This document shows positions 1 to 12,569 of a stretch of 64,000 bases of DNA, piece by piece. The notes under the pieces were generated by a model that saw only the letters and a program-made list of their open reading frames with translations, was not told the DNA's origin and did no database searches. How positions within the stretch are numbered: position 1 is the first letter of the stretch; each line of letters opens with the position of its first letter. The stretch comes from Eledone cirrhosa (Eukaryota), in NCBI GenBank assembly GCA_964016885.1, contig OZ024741.1:368962001-369026000 (forward strand), given 5' to 3'. Position numbers and translations under genes: made by a program.

Positions 1-155
1 TTGATGTTAAGGTATTGTTCTCAAAATCTCATAGATATGATATTATGTGAAATAATTATGCAAGATAAAAATTTTACCATGAAAATCCAATAGTAAATAT
101 AGAGTGATGTAAATATAGAGTGATGTAAAAATAGAGTGATGTAAATGGTAAAGGG
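1..155 (+). mobile_element. 3' part of piggyBac-like MITE (family MITE-A), truncated by window start
   Basis: Matches internal sequence of copies at 10021, 19405, 40292 and 60233; ends GTAAATGGTAAAGGG followed by CTAA (degenerate TTAA); local triplication of GTAAATATAGAGTGAT near the end. Confidence 0.75.
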
Positions 156-168
156 CTAACTCCAGGTT

Positions 169-452
169 AACCATGATCCAGCAGATCTGTCAACCATGAT
201 CCAGCAGATCTGTCAACCATGATCCAGCAGATCTGTCAACCACGATCCAGCAGATCTGTCAACCACGATCCAGCAGATCTGTCAACCATGATCCAGCAGA
301 TCTGTCAACCATGATCCAGCAGATCTGTCAACCATGATCCAGCAGATCTGTCAACCATGATCCAGCAGATCTGTCAACCATGATCCAGCAGATCTGTCAA
401 CCATGATCCAGCAGATCTGTCAACCATGATCCAGCAGATCTGTCAACTATGA
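169..452. repeat. 23-bp minisatellite (CCATGATCCAGCAGATCTGTCAA) x ~12
   Basis: Near-perfect tandem units starting at 171, 194, 217 ... 424; no spacers. Confidence 0.97.
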
Positions 453-669
453 TACAAACCTGTCAACTGTCTTCCAAACATCACCATTTCATTTTTTCAG
501 GCTGTGTATCAAGTATTAAATTATCTAATGTGTCCTCTTTTTAAATGGTAGGGAGGTTTTGGTTTAAAGGAAAATTTTCAACAGCTAAACATGAAAGTTA
601 AAAACCTAACTAAATGAAAATTACATTAAAATGTTAAAGGGAAGCTGGTACCACTCTCAATTCTTTCAT

Positions 670-880
670 CATTATATTTCTAATGAAATACACTACCTAT
701 GATTTTCAAATCTTAAAAATTAAGAATTTGGAGGGATTTAACAAAGTAACACATTTTCTTATTATTATGCTGGTCTATGAAATATAATTTAAGTGTTCTT
801 ACACATTATAATGGAAGGATTTTAGATAAACGTATACCTATTTTATCAAACCTCAGGCAGTTTGGTATGAAAATGGTTAA
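670..880 (-). mobile_element. Degenerate DNA-transposon-like repeat (family MITE-B)
   Basis: Reverse complement resembles 18670-18900; ends in ...GAAAATGGTTAA. Confidence 0.5.
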
Positions 881-1174
881 TATGTGATCATTTACATCAA
901 CTTCTGTTTCCTGAGACTCCATGAGATTGCCTATATTACAAATTCTATTTGTAAATGAGTCATTTATACATGTACTAGTCAATAGTTAACTTAATATTCT
1001 GTAAATAGTTAACAGAAAATATTTTAGAACAAGTTTGTTAATTCAAATGTTTATAGTGTATTTACTAGTGGACAGATTGTCTGCATAACATTATTCTAAT
1101 ACTGCAAATTTTCACAAAATTGTATTGTATTTTTCAAGAATATTTTAATATGGTTTCATATGATACAAGATAGT

Positions 1175-1310
1175 AGTACTTTATTTTATCAACATTGGTA
1201 GGGTGAAAAGCAAAGTTGACCTCAATGGGATTTGAACTCAGAATGCAAAGGGTGATAACTAGATGCCTGAAAGCACTAAAGGTTCAACGCTAATGGTTTA
1301 GCCAATCTAC
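1175..1310 (-). mobile_element. Degenerate tRNA-derived SINE (family S1)
   Basis: GTACTTTATTTTATC...GGGATTTGAACTCAG, the reverse complement of the S1 core and B box. Confidence 0.7.
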
Positions 1311-1978
1311 ATGGTCACTAAACAATCTGAGCAAATGGCTCATTGTCAGTCATTCAACCTCACACTAACTACTCATACCTCTTTTATAGGTATCAGCACT
1401 TAATTCTCTAATACAAAACCTGAGCTTTTGGAGGGAAGACATTTGAATTGGAACAGTGTGACAATGTGAGGGCTCTGATATTAGAACCCTATAAAACTGA
1501 AACAGTGTATGCAAACTGGCCAATAAGAGTGAACCAATACGAGTGTGATATCTTTCGGCCAGGCACCATGAAAAACAATGTGGAGTGAAGCATCTTGTTC
1601 AAGAACAATGCATTATCTAGTCAAGGAATCAAACCCACAACCTTATGAACCTGGACCCAACACTAACTAACCACTAGATCACATGCTTTCCACCTTCTCT
1701 GTGAATTAAGAGCTTGATAAATGAAGTAAACATTATGAAATACAAAGGTATATTAAACACAAACATAGCAATATTTCCCACATTAATCCGAAAATAATAA
1801 GCTTTCATAATAGAGACAGTGCAAAAATGTTATGTTGGCAAACGTAATTTGAAACCTTGCAAATTTCCACTGGTCAGACTTGTCACACATGTGTTGCTTT
1901 CTTGCAATTTCAAACAACTTAATGAAGTACAGTTGACAAAAATGGGAAGCTAGATTAATCACACTAAGCAAATTTATA

Positions 1979-1979
1979 G

Positions 1980-2013
<34 letters not shown>

Positions 2014-5000
2014 GAAAGAGACAGAAAGAGAAACAGAGAAAGAGAAACAGAGAAAGAGAAACAGAGAAAGAGAAACAGAGAAAGAGAAACAGAGAAAGAG
2101 AAACAGAGAAAGAGAAACAGAGAAAGAGAAACAGAGAAAGAGAAACAGAGAAAGAGAAACAGAGAAAGAGAAACAGAGAAAGAGAGAGAGAAAGAGAGAC
2201 AAAGAGAGACAGAGAAAGAGACAGAAAGAGAGACAGAGAAAAAGAGAAAGAGACAGAAAGAGAAAGAGACAGAGACAGAGAGAGACAGAGACAGAGAGAG
2301 AAAGAGACAGAGACAGAGAAAGAGAGAGACAGAGACAGAGAAAGAGACAGACAGAAAGAGAGACAGAGAAAGAGAGAGACAGAGAAAGAGAGAGACAGAG
2401 AAAGAGAGACAGACAGAGAAAGAGAGACAGACAGAGAAAGAGAGACAGACAGAGAAAGAGAGACAGACAGACAGAGAAAGAGAGACAGACAGACAGAGAA
2501 AGACAGACAGAGAAAGAGAGACAGAGAAAGAGAGACAGAGAAAGAGAGACAGACAGAGAAAGAGACAGAAAGAGAAAGAGACAGACAGACAGAGAAAGAG
2601 ACAGACAGAGAAAGAGACAGACAGACAGAGAAAGAGACAGACAGACAGAGAAAGAGAGACAGACAGAGAAAGAGAGACAGACAGAGAAAGAGAGACAGAC
2701 AGAAAGAGAGAGAGACAGAGAAAGAGAGAGACAGAGAAAGAGAGACAGACAGAGAAAGAGAGACAGACAGAGAAAGAGAGACAGACAGAGAAAGAGAGAG
2801 AGAAAGAGACACAGAGAGAGAGAAAGAGACACAGAGAAAGAGAGAGACAGAGAAAGAGAGAGAGACAGACAGAGAAAGAGACAGACAGACAGAAAAAGAG
2901 ACAGACAGACAGAAAAAGAGAGACAGACAGACAGAGAAAGAGAGACAGACAGACAGAGAAAGAGAGACAGACAGACAGAGAAAGAGAGACAGAGTAAGAG
3001 ACAGACAGAGAAAGAGAGACAGAGAAAGAGACAGACAGAGAAAGAGACAGACAGAGAAAGAGACAGACAGAGAAAGAGAGACAGACAGACAGAGAAAGAG
3101 ACAGACAGAGAAAGAGAGACAGACAGACAGAGAAAGAGAGACAGACAGACAGAGAAAGAGAGACAGACAGACAGAGAAAGACAGACAGAGAAAGAGACAG
3201 ACAGAGAAAGAGAGACAGACAGAGAAAGAGAGACAGACAGAGAAAGAGAGAGAGAAAGAGACACAGAGAAAGAGAGACAGAGAAAGAGAGACAGACAGAG
3301 AAAGAGAGAGAGACAGAGAAAGACAGACAGAAAGAGAGACAGAAAGAGACAGACAGAAAGAGAGACAGAGAAAGAGAGACAGACAGAGAAAGAGAGACAG
3401 AGTAAGAGACAGACAGAGAAAGAGAGACAGAGAAAGAGACAGACAGAGAAAGAGAGACAGACAGAGAAAGAGACAGACAGAGAAAGAGAGACAGACAGAG
3501 AAAGAGAGAGACAGAGAAAGAGAGACAGACAGAGAAAGAGAGACAGACAGAGAAAGAGAAAGAGAGACAGACAGAGAAAGAGAGAGAGAAAGAGACACAG
3601 AGAAAGAGAGAGAGACAGAGAAAGAGAGAGACAGAGAAAGAGAGAGAGAGAAAGAGAGACAGAGAAAGAGACAGACAGAGAAAGAGACAGACAGAGAAAG
3701 AGAGACAGACAGAGAAAGAGACAGACAGAGAAAGAGAGACAGACAGACAGAGAAAGAGAGAGACAGACAGAGAAAGAGAGACAGAGTAAGAGACAGACAG
3801 AGAAAGAGAGACAGAGAAAGAGACAGACAGAGAAAGAGAGACAGACAGAGAAAGAGACAGACAGAGAAAGAGAGACAGACAGAGAAAGAGAGACAGACAG
3901 AGAAAGAGAGACAGACAGAGAAAGAGAGACAGACAGAGAAAGAGAGACAGACAGAGAAAGAGAGACAGACAGAGAAAGAGAGACAGACAGAGAAAGAGAG
4001 AAAGAGAGACAGACAGAGAAAGAGAGACAGACAGAGAAAGAGAGAGAGAAAGAGAGACAGAGAAAGAGAGACAGACAGAGAAAGAGAGAGAGAAAGAGAC
4101 AGAGAAAGAGAGACAGACAGAGAAAGAGAGACAGACAGAGAAAGAGAGACAGAAAGAGACAGACAGAGAAAGAGAGAGAGAAAGAGACACAGAGAAAGAG
4201 AGACAGACAGAGAAAGAGAGAGAGACAGAGAAAGACAGACAGAAAGAGAGACAGAAAGAGACAGACAGAAAGAGAGACAGAGAAAGAGAGACAGACAGAG
4301 AAAGAGAGACAGACAGAGAAAGAGAGACAGACATAGAAAGAGAGACAGACAGAGAAAGAGAGACAGACAGAGAAAGAGAGACAGACAGAGAAAGAGAGAG
4401 AGAAAGAGAGACAGACAGAGAAAGAGAGAGAGAAAGAGACAGACAGAGAAAGAGAGAGAGAAAGAGACACAGAGAAAGAGAGAGACAGAGAAAGAGAGAG
4501 AAAGAGACACAGAGAAAGAGAGAGAGACAGAGAAAGAGAGAGAGACAGAGAAAGAGAGAGAGAGAAAGAGAGAGAGAGAAAGAGACAGACAGAGAAAGAG
4601 ACAGACAGAGAAAGAGACAGACAGAGAAAGAGAGACAGACAGACAGAGAAAGAGAGACAGACAGACAGAGAAAGAGAGACAGACAGACAGAGAAAGAGAG
4701 ACAGACAGACAGAGAAAGAGAGACAGACAGACAGAGAAAGAGAGACAGACAGACAGAGAAAGAGAGACAGACAGACAGAGAAAGAGAGACAGACAGACAG
4801 AGAAAGAGAGACAGAGTAAGAGACAGACAGAGAAAGAGAGACAGAGAAAGAGACAGACAGAGAAAGAGAGACAGACAGAGAAAGAGAGACAGACAGAGAA
4901 AGAGAGACAGACAGAGAAAGAGAGACAGACAGAGAAAGAGAGACAGACAGAGAAAGAGAGACAGACAGAGAAAGAGAGAGACAGAGAAAGAGAGACAGAC

Positions 5001-7668
5001 AGAGAAAGAGAGAGAGAAAGAGAGACAGAGAAAGAGAGACAGACAGAGAAAGAGAGACAGACAGAGAAAGAGAGAGAGAAAGAGACACAGAGAAAGAGAG
5101 ACAGACAGAGAAAGAGAGAGAAAGAGACAGACAGAGAAAGAGACAGAAAGAGAAAGAGACAGACAGACAGAGAAAGAGACAGACAGAGAAAGTGAGAGAC
5201 AGAGAAAGAGAGACAGACAGAGAGAGAGAGACAGACAGAGAAAGAGAGACAGACAGAGAAAGAGAGACAGACAGAGAAAGAGAGACAGACAGAGAAAGAG
5301 AGAGAAAGAGAGACAGACAGAGAAAGAGAGAGAGAAAGAGACAGAGAAAGAGAGACAGAGAGAAAGAGAGAAAGAGAGAAAGAGAGACAGACAGACAGAG
5401 AAAGAGACAGACAGAGAAAGAGACAGACAGAGAAAGAGAGACAGACAGACAGAGAAAGAGACAGACAGAGAAAGAGAGACAGACAGACAGAGAAAGAGAG
5501 ACAGACAGACAGAGGAAGAGAGGCAGAGTAAGAGATAGACAGAGAAAGAGACAGACAGAGAAAGAGACAGAGAAAGAGACAGACAGAGAAAGAGAGACAG
5601 ACAGAGAAAGAGAGACAGACAGAGAAAGAGACAGACAGAGAAAGAGAGACAGACAGAGAAAGAGAGACAGACAGAGAAAGAGACAGACAGAGAAAGAGAG
5701 ACAGACAGAGAAAGAGAGACAGACAGAGAAAGAGAGACAGACAGAGAAAGAGAGACAGACAGACAGAGACAGACAGAGTAAGAGACAGACAGGGAAAGAG
5801 ACAGAGAAAGAGAGACAGAGAAAGAGACAGACAGAAAGAGAGACAGAGAAAGAGAGACAGAGAAAGAGAGACAGAGAAAGAGAGACAGACAGACAGAGAA
5901 AGAGAGACAGAGAAAGAGAGACAGACAGACAGACAGAGAAAGAGAGACAGACAGAGAAAGAGAGACAGACAGAGAAAGAGAGACAGACAGAGAAAGAGAC
6001 AGACAGAGAAAGAGAGACAGAGAAAGAGACAGACAGAGAAAGAGAGAGACAGACAGAGAAAGAGAGACAGACAGACAGAGAAAGAGAGACAGAGAAAGAG
6101 ACAGACAGAGAAAGAGAGACAGACAGACAGAGAAAGAGAGACAGACAGAGAAAGAGACAGACAGAAAGAGACAGAGAAAGAGACAGTCAGAGAAAGAGAG
6201 ACAGACAGACAGAGAAAGAGACAGAGAAAGAGAGACAGAGAAAGAGACAGACAGAGAGAGAGACAGACAGAGAAAGAGAGACAGACAGAGAAAGAGAGAC
6301 AGACAGAGAAAGAGAGACAGAGAAAGAGAGACAGACAGAGAAAGAGAGACAGACAGAGAAAGAGAGACAGACAGAGAAAGAGAGACAGACAGAGAAAGAG
6401 AGACAGACAGAGAAAGAGAGACAGACAGAGAAAGAGAGACAGACAGAGAAAGAGAGACAACGAAAGAGAAAGAGAGACAACGAAAGAGACAGACAACGAA
6501 AGAGACAGACAACGAAAGAGACAGACAGAGAAAGAGACAGACAGAGAAAGAGACAGACAGAGAAAGAGAGACAGACAGACAGAGAAAGAGAGAGAGAAAG
6601 AGACAGACAGAGAAAGAGAGACAGAGAAAGAGACAGACAGAGAAAGAGACAGACAGAGAAAGAGACAGACAGAGAAAGAGGGACAGAGAAAGAGAGACAG
6701 ACAGAGAAAGAGAGACAGAGAGAAAGAGAGACAGACAGAAAGAGAGACAGACAGACAGAAAGAGAGACAGACAGAGAGAAAGAGAGACAGAGAAAGAGAC
6801 AGACAGAGAAAGAGACAGACAGAGAAAGAGACAGACAGAAAGAGAGACAGAAAGAGAGAGACAGAGAAAGAGAGAGACAGAGAAAGAGAGAGACAGAGAA
6901 AGAGACAGACAGAGAAAGAGAGACAGAGAAAGAGAGACAGAGAAAGAGACAGACAGAGAAAGAGACAGACAGAGAAAGAGACAGACAGAGAAAGAGACAG
7001 ACAGAGAAAGTGAGACAGAGAAAGAGAGAAAGAGAGACAGAGAGACAGACAGACACAGAAAGAGAAAGAGAGAGAAAGAGAGACAGAGAAAGAGAGAGAA
7101 AGAGACGGAGAAAGAGAGCCAGAGAAAGAGAGACAGAAAGAGAGACAGAGAAAGAGACAGACAGAGAAAGAGACAGACAGAGAAAGAGACAGAGAAAGAG
7201 AGACAGAGAAAGAGACAGACAGAGAAAGAGACAGACAGAGAAAGAGAGACAGACAGAGAAAGAGAGACAGACAGAGAAAGAGAGACAGACAGAGAAAGAG
7301 AGACAGAGAAAGAGAGACAGACAGAGAAAGAGAGACAGAGAAAGAGAGACAGAGAGACAGAGAAAGAGAGACAGAGAAAGAGAGACAGAGAGACAGACAG
7401 AGACAGAGACAGACAGACAGACAGAGACAGAGAGAGACAGACAAAGACAGAGAGAGAGACAGAGAGAGAGACAGAGACAGAGAGAGACAGAGAGAGAGAC
7501 AGAGACAGAGAGAGACAGAGTGAGAGAGAGACAGAGTGAGAGAGAGACAGAGAGAGAGAGAGACAGAGAGAGAGAGAGACAGAGAGAGAGAGAGACAGAG
7601 AGAGACAGAGAGAGAGAGACAGAGAGAGACGGAGAGAGAGAGACAGAGAGACAGAGACAAAGAGAGAA
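1979..7668. repeat. 5.7-kb compound purine-rich microsatellite built from AG, AGAC and AGAAAG units
   Basis: Almost T-free + strand; 14-bp sub-array at ~2031-2184; 18-bp core AGAGAAAGAGAGACAGAC; source of the 500-1900 aa S/L/C/F and R/E/T/D ORFs. Confidence 0.99.
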
Positions 7669-7749
7669 GACAATAGTAATAATTTTGAGTGAATTTGGAC
7701 TCTCGACCCATAACCCTATGAAGAAGATAGAGAAAATATAGCAGATAAC

Positions 7750-7943
7750 TATAATAATTGTTTCTACTTTTGGCACAAGGCCAGCAATTACTCAGTGCAT
7801 TACTGGTACTTTATTTTATCGACCCTGTAAGGATGAAAGGCAATGTTAACCTCGGCGGGATTTGAACTCAGAATGGCAAGGGCCGTAACTATGCTAGAAA
7901 GCATGGCATCCGACCCTCTACCGATACTGACAATTCACCGCCC
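7750..7943 (-). mobile_element. tRNA-derived SINE S1, full length
   Basis: Reverse complement of consensus GGCGGTGGATTGGCAGTATCGG (A box) ... GAGTTCAAATCC (B box) ... CTTTGCCTTTCATCCTTACGGGGTCGATAAAATAAAGTACCAG ... GTAGAAACAATTAT. Confidence 0.92.
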
Positions 7944-8613
7944 CTATAATAATAGGGGATAACAAGGGCAGGGCTCCAGCATGGCCTGAGCTGGATGGCT
8001 GGAACAGGTAAAAGAGTAGTTGAATAAATCAAATAAGGTACACCTGGAAATGGGGGGGGGGGGGGGGCAAAGATACCTGCAAGGTATTGAGCCACACCTT
8101 CACATCATAACATCTAACAAAACCTTTACCAAATTTATCTATAAACACCCCAGAAGTGGTCACATTAACTTTTTTCTAAATCACAACATAAAGAGTGGCA
8201 TAGGGTTATCACCCTTTATTTTCGATTTCAAATCCCACCGTGGTTAGCTTGGTCATTCATCCTTACAGAGTCGATAAAATGTAGTACCAGTAACACACTG
8301 GTGTTGATTTAATAGACTTTCCCTTCTTCCAAAATTGTTAGCCTAAATTAGTAAAGTTAAATGAAGTTAATAATGGTTTCTACCTCATAATTTCCTAGTA
8401 TAAAATAGTAGAAAAGTAAAGGTTTTTCATAGATACATGAGTATGTTAACAGCTTGAAATTGAAAAAATTATTTACATCTCCCCTTTTTTCTTTTTTTTT
8501 TGCAATAACAAAAATGTAATTAAGTTATACATGAAATTAAAATGTAGTTTGTGTGTTTAGAAGATGGTGAGCAAGATTTGAAAATTGAATTAGAAACTGT
8601 CGCTGTATTACAA

Positions 8614-9655
8614 GGTGGATTGGCAATATTGGTAGAGGGTCGGACACCATGCTTTGCAGTAAAGAGTTACGGGCCTTTATGGTCCGAGTTCAAATCCCGC
8701 CGAGGTTAACTTTGCCTTTCATCCTTACGGGGTCGATAAAATAAAGTACCAGTAATGTACTGGGTAATTGCTGGTCTTGTGCCAAAAAGTAGAAACAATT
8801 AATAATAGGGCAGTGGATTGGCAGTATCAGTAGAGCATCGGACACCCTGCATCGCGGCATAGAGTTACGGCCCTTTATGATCCGAGTTCAAATCCCGCCG
8901 AGGTTAGCTTTGCCCTTCATCCTTACGAGGTCGATAAAATAAAGTAGCTGTCACGCACTGGGGTCGATTCAATCGACTTTCCCCTCCACAAAAATTGCTG
9001 GCCTTGTGTCTATATAAGAAATCATTAATAGGGTGGTGGATTGGTAGAGGGTCGAACACCATGCTTTGCAGCATAGAGTTACGGCTCTTTATGATCTGAG
9101 TTCAAATCCCGCCGAGGTTAACTTTGCCTTTCATCCTTACGAGGTCAATAAAATAAAGCTCCAGTAATACACTGGGGTTGATTTAATCAACTTTCCCCTC
9201 CACCAAAATAGCTGGCCTTGTGCCTATATAACAAATCATTATTATTAGGTGGATTGGCAGTATCAGTAGAGGGTCAGACGCCATGCTTTTCAGCATAGTT
9301 AAGTCCCTTTATGGCCCGAGTTCAAATCCCGCCAAGGTTAACTTTGCCTTTCATCCTTACGGGGTCGATAAAATAAAGTACCAGTAATACACTGGGATAA
9401 TTGCTGGCCTTGTGCCAAAAGTAGAAACAATTATTAATGGCGGATTGGCAGTATCTGTAGGGCATTGGACAATATGCTTAAACGGCATAGAGTTACTGCT
9501 CTTTATGATCAGAGTTCAAATCCCGCCGAGGTTAACTTTGCCTTTCATCCTTACAGGGTCAATAAATAAAGCACCAGTAATTCACTGGGGTCGATTTAAT
9601 CGACTTTTCTCTCCCCAAATTGCTGTCCTTGTGCCTATAGTAGAAATTATTATTT
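8614..9655 (+). mobile_element. Five head-to-tail SINE S1 copies (starts ~8614, 8808, 9031, 9248, 9439)
   Basis: Each has A box, B box, conserved central domain and AT-rich tail; short and long subtypes are mixed. Confidence 0.95.
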
Positions 9656-10208
9656 TTACTATAGAAAAGTCTAATAACTGGGCATATAAGACTGCTGAAA
9701 AAACCTTTATTAGACTATTTTCTGTAGTAAAAAATATGCTGAAAGCTAATTCAGCTTTTAGAATCTAGTTGTCGACTACAAATCATAATGCATACTTGCA
9801 TGTAGAAATACACATGGGTGTATATTTTTGTGGGAGAAGACATAAAAAATTGAAAAAAAAAAAAAAAAAAAACTTGTTTGTTCAGTTGTATTCCAACCTT
9901 GAAAATGAAAAGCAGTAATCAAAATTGCTAATGAAAGTGTCAAAAAGGTGAGATGCATATTTAAAAAAAAAGGAAAATAACACTAACTTTAAAATTTCTA
10001 AATCTACAGACATTTTTTAATCCTTTAGCATTTAAACCGGTCATATCCAGCCAGAATTCTTTCACCTCTTTATGTTCAAACTGGCTGTAACTGGCCACTC
10101 ATACTGATGTTTAGGTAGTGTTCTCAAAATAAATAATATCAAAATCTCAGATTTGGTATGTAAGATAAAGTCTTTACCACGAAAATATAGTAGTATATAT
10201 AAAGTAAT

Positions 10209-11690
10209 CATCATCATCATCAACGTTTAACGTCCGTGTTCCACGCTTGCATGGGTTTGGACGGGGGTAGTCCCACTTGAGGCAAGAGTGATTGTCTTGC
10301 TCGCATAGGACTGTCTGGTAGGTTTTCTACAGTTGGATGCCCTTCCTAACACCAACCACATTTACAGTGTGGGTCTGGGAGGTTTTTACCGTGTTGCCTA
10401 CACGGCCACATTACAGCGTGGACTGTGTGTTTTTTTGTCGTGACACCTACACGATCTCATTTGTTTCGGCCTCGATGGCGCGGCACCAACATAACTTTAC
10501 ATAGAACGGGGTGGTGTGGATGGGGTGGGGGTGGTGGTGGTGGGACGGGGTGTATTTTGTTAGAGATGCCTACTGGCTGGAGTAGGTTTTACTATATATT
10601 TAGGTAAGGCGGGTCTTCTCTGTTACTGAGTACCGCCAAAGGTCTCGGTCCAGTGACATTGTCTTGGAGAGGTGTAAGTGTGTGATGTCGGAGTTTATCA
10701 GCTCGTCCCAGGTTTTTCTAGGTCTGCCTATTCCGTGACTACCGTCTATCTTTATTGCCCTGCACTTTGTTATACAGCTATCGACTTTCATGCGCATCAC
10801 GTGTCCATACCAACGTAGCCTTCTCTCGAGTAAACAACATCTGATCCCTCTTATCTCTAATTTTTCCCTTAGTTCGTTTATGCTTTGCCGTTCACGTATA
10901 TTACTGTTACACATCCAGCGGAGCATGCAAGCTTCATTCCTCTCTAGTCTGCGTATATCCTCTGCACACAATGCCCAGGTCTCACTGCCATGCAGCATTG
11001 CTGTTCGTATGCAGGCATCGTACAACCTGCCTTTCATTTTTAGTGAGAACCCTTTAGCAGCTAATAGTGGTATAAGCTCTCTGAACTTTTTCCAACCAGT
11101 TCTGACTCTAGTTACAGTACTTTCAGAGCACCCTCCCCCACTGCTGATTTTATCGCCCAGGTAACGGAAGCTGTCCACTATTTCTATGGAACCCTCTGCG
11201 CAATTGAAAGAGCTAGTATTTTGTGGGCACTTGCTGCTACTTATTGCACCAGAGCACCGGCCACATGTAAAATCTATGTTCTTAGTTAGCTTACCTGTGA
11301 TCCCACTACATCTTTTATGCACCCATACTTTGCATTTAGGACATAAAATGGAGTTTCTACCTACGCCTTTCCTACACACCGAGCACGACCATTTCCCAGA
11401 AGGGACCGCCGCCTTGTTTTCTTTCCTACAAACTAGTACTTTGATCTTAGCCAGGTTAATTTTAAGTCCTTTTGACTCTAGGCCGTGCTTCCATGTTTGG
11501 AATTTCTTCTCTAGCTCGGCCATTGATTCCGCTATGATTGTCAGGTCGTCTGTGTATAGGAGTTCCCATGGGCAGCCTGTCTTGAACTCCTCTGTTATAG
11601 CCTGAAGGGCAATAATAAATAGTAGTGGGCTGAGAACAGAGCCCTGATGGACGCCAACTTTTACGCTAAACTCTTCACTATATTCGTTGT
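10209..11690 (-). mobile_element. 5'-truncated RTE-clade LINE (family R1), young copy
   Basis: (GAT)n 3' tail, ~390-bp 3' UTR, open RT frame, apparent TAAT target-site duplication. Confidence 0.95.
10600..11688 (-). pseudogene. RTE ORF2 fragment: reverse transcriptase C-terminal half with embedded PHD-like finger
   Basis: The frame stays open upstream of the listed Met and reads GVHQGSVLSPLLF...ELLYTDDL (RT motifs), then CSVC..CPKC..H..C..CGRC, FRYLG, LRWYGHVMR, GRPRKTW; 5'-truncated, so not an intact gene. Confidence 0.92.
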
Positions 11691-12569
11691 TAATGTAAAT
11701 GCTAAAGGGTTAATGCCATTCATGGTACCACACATACATTCATCTCTTCCCAACACCCAGATACATGAATCAACAAGGTAGCTTCTATTTGGTCGATTCA
11801 CCTGCTAAAAATAGCAGCCAAATCTGCCTCAAATCACATCCCACTGTCGTAAAATAGGAAACAAGAAAGCATTTAAATATAAATTTAAAAGCAGAGATAG
11901 CAGAGAGGAGTTCCAGCTAGAAACTGTCAACAAAATCTCCATATGGTTTAAATACAAAGCACGTCTGATATCTGAATTGCTAAATGTCAGCAGAAGGACA
12001 CCCAGGAGTTATAAACTGGATGCAGCTCGGCCTGGCCCCCTTAGAGTGTAAGAAGTTAAGGGCCAAAACACTCACTTGACGAAGAGGGGTTTTCTCCGAA
12101 GACCTTCTGTCCAACTTAGTTTCTTACCACTAAAAAAAATGGGATGGTCATGGATGGAGAGCATTTCATCATAGATCATTTCAATCAAAGTTGACCCAGG
12201 AATGAATAATAATCACTCTAAAAACCCATCCTAATGAGCACAATCTCTCATTCAATCCAGGTCAGTTTTACATCTCCCTGCCAAAAGATAACTAAAATAT
12301 GAAAACCTTTATGACCACAATAATAAAACTTACATGCCAAATTTTGGGTCGAGATTTTTAAGTATTTAATATGTTTCTTCTACTTATTTCAAAATCTGCT
12401 TTAACATACAATATTTTCCCATTACTTCCTGTAATGATTTAATAGAGAACATCTAAAAACAAATTTGTTAATTCAAATGTTTATAGTATATTTGCTAGCT
12501 GAAGAGATTTTGAGAAAACTATAATTTTTAATGTGATGGTGTCAAAGTGCAGTCACAATTTTCAATGCA

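Larger units (their letters stand above)
10021..11709 (+). mobile_element. piggyBac-like MITE-A interrupted by an RTE LINE
   Basis: TTAA-TCCTTTAGCATTTA ... TAAATGCTAAAGGG-TTAA termini; LINE occupies 10209-11690. Confidence 0.88.

Noticed and set aside
169-452. CRISPR-like 23-bp repeats
   Set aside because: No spacers, contiguous tandem units, eukaryotic context, no cas genes
1783-7776. ORFs of 529-1915 aa on both strands
   Set aside because: They are translations of the AG/CT microsatellite, which lacks stop codons; they are open in several frames at once and have no domain content
8614-8720. tRNA genes
   Set aside because: A/B boxes are present, but the spacing and missing cloverleaf indicate SINE heads
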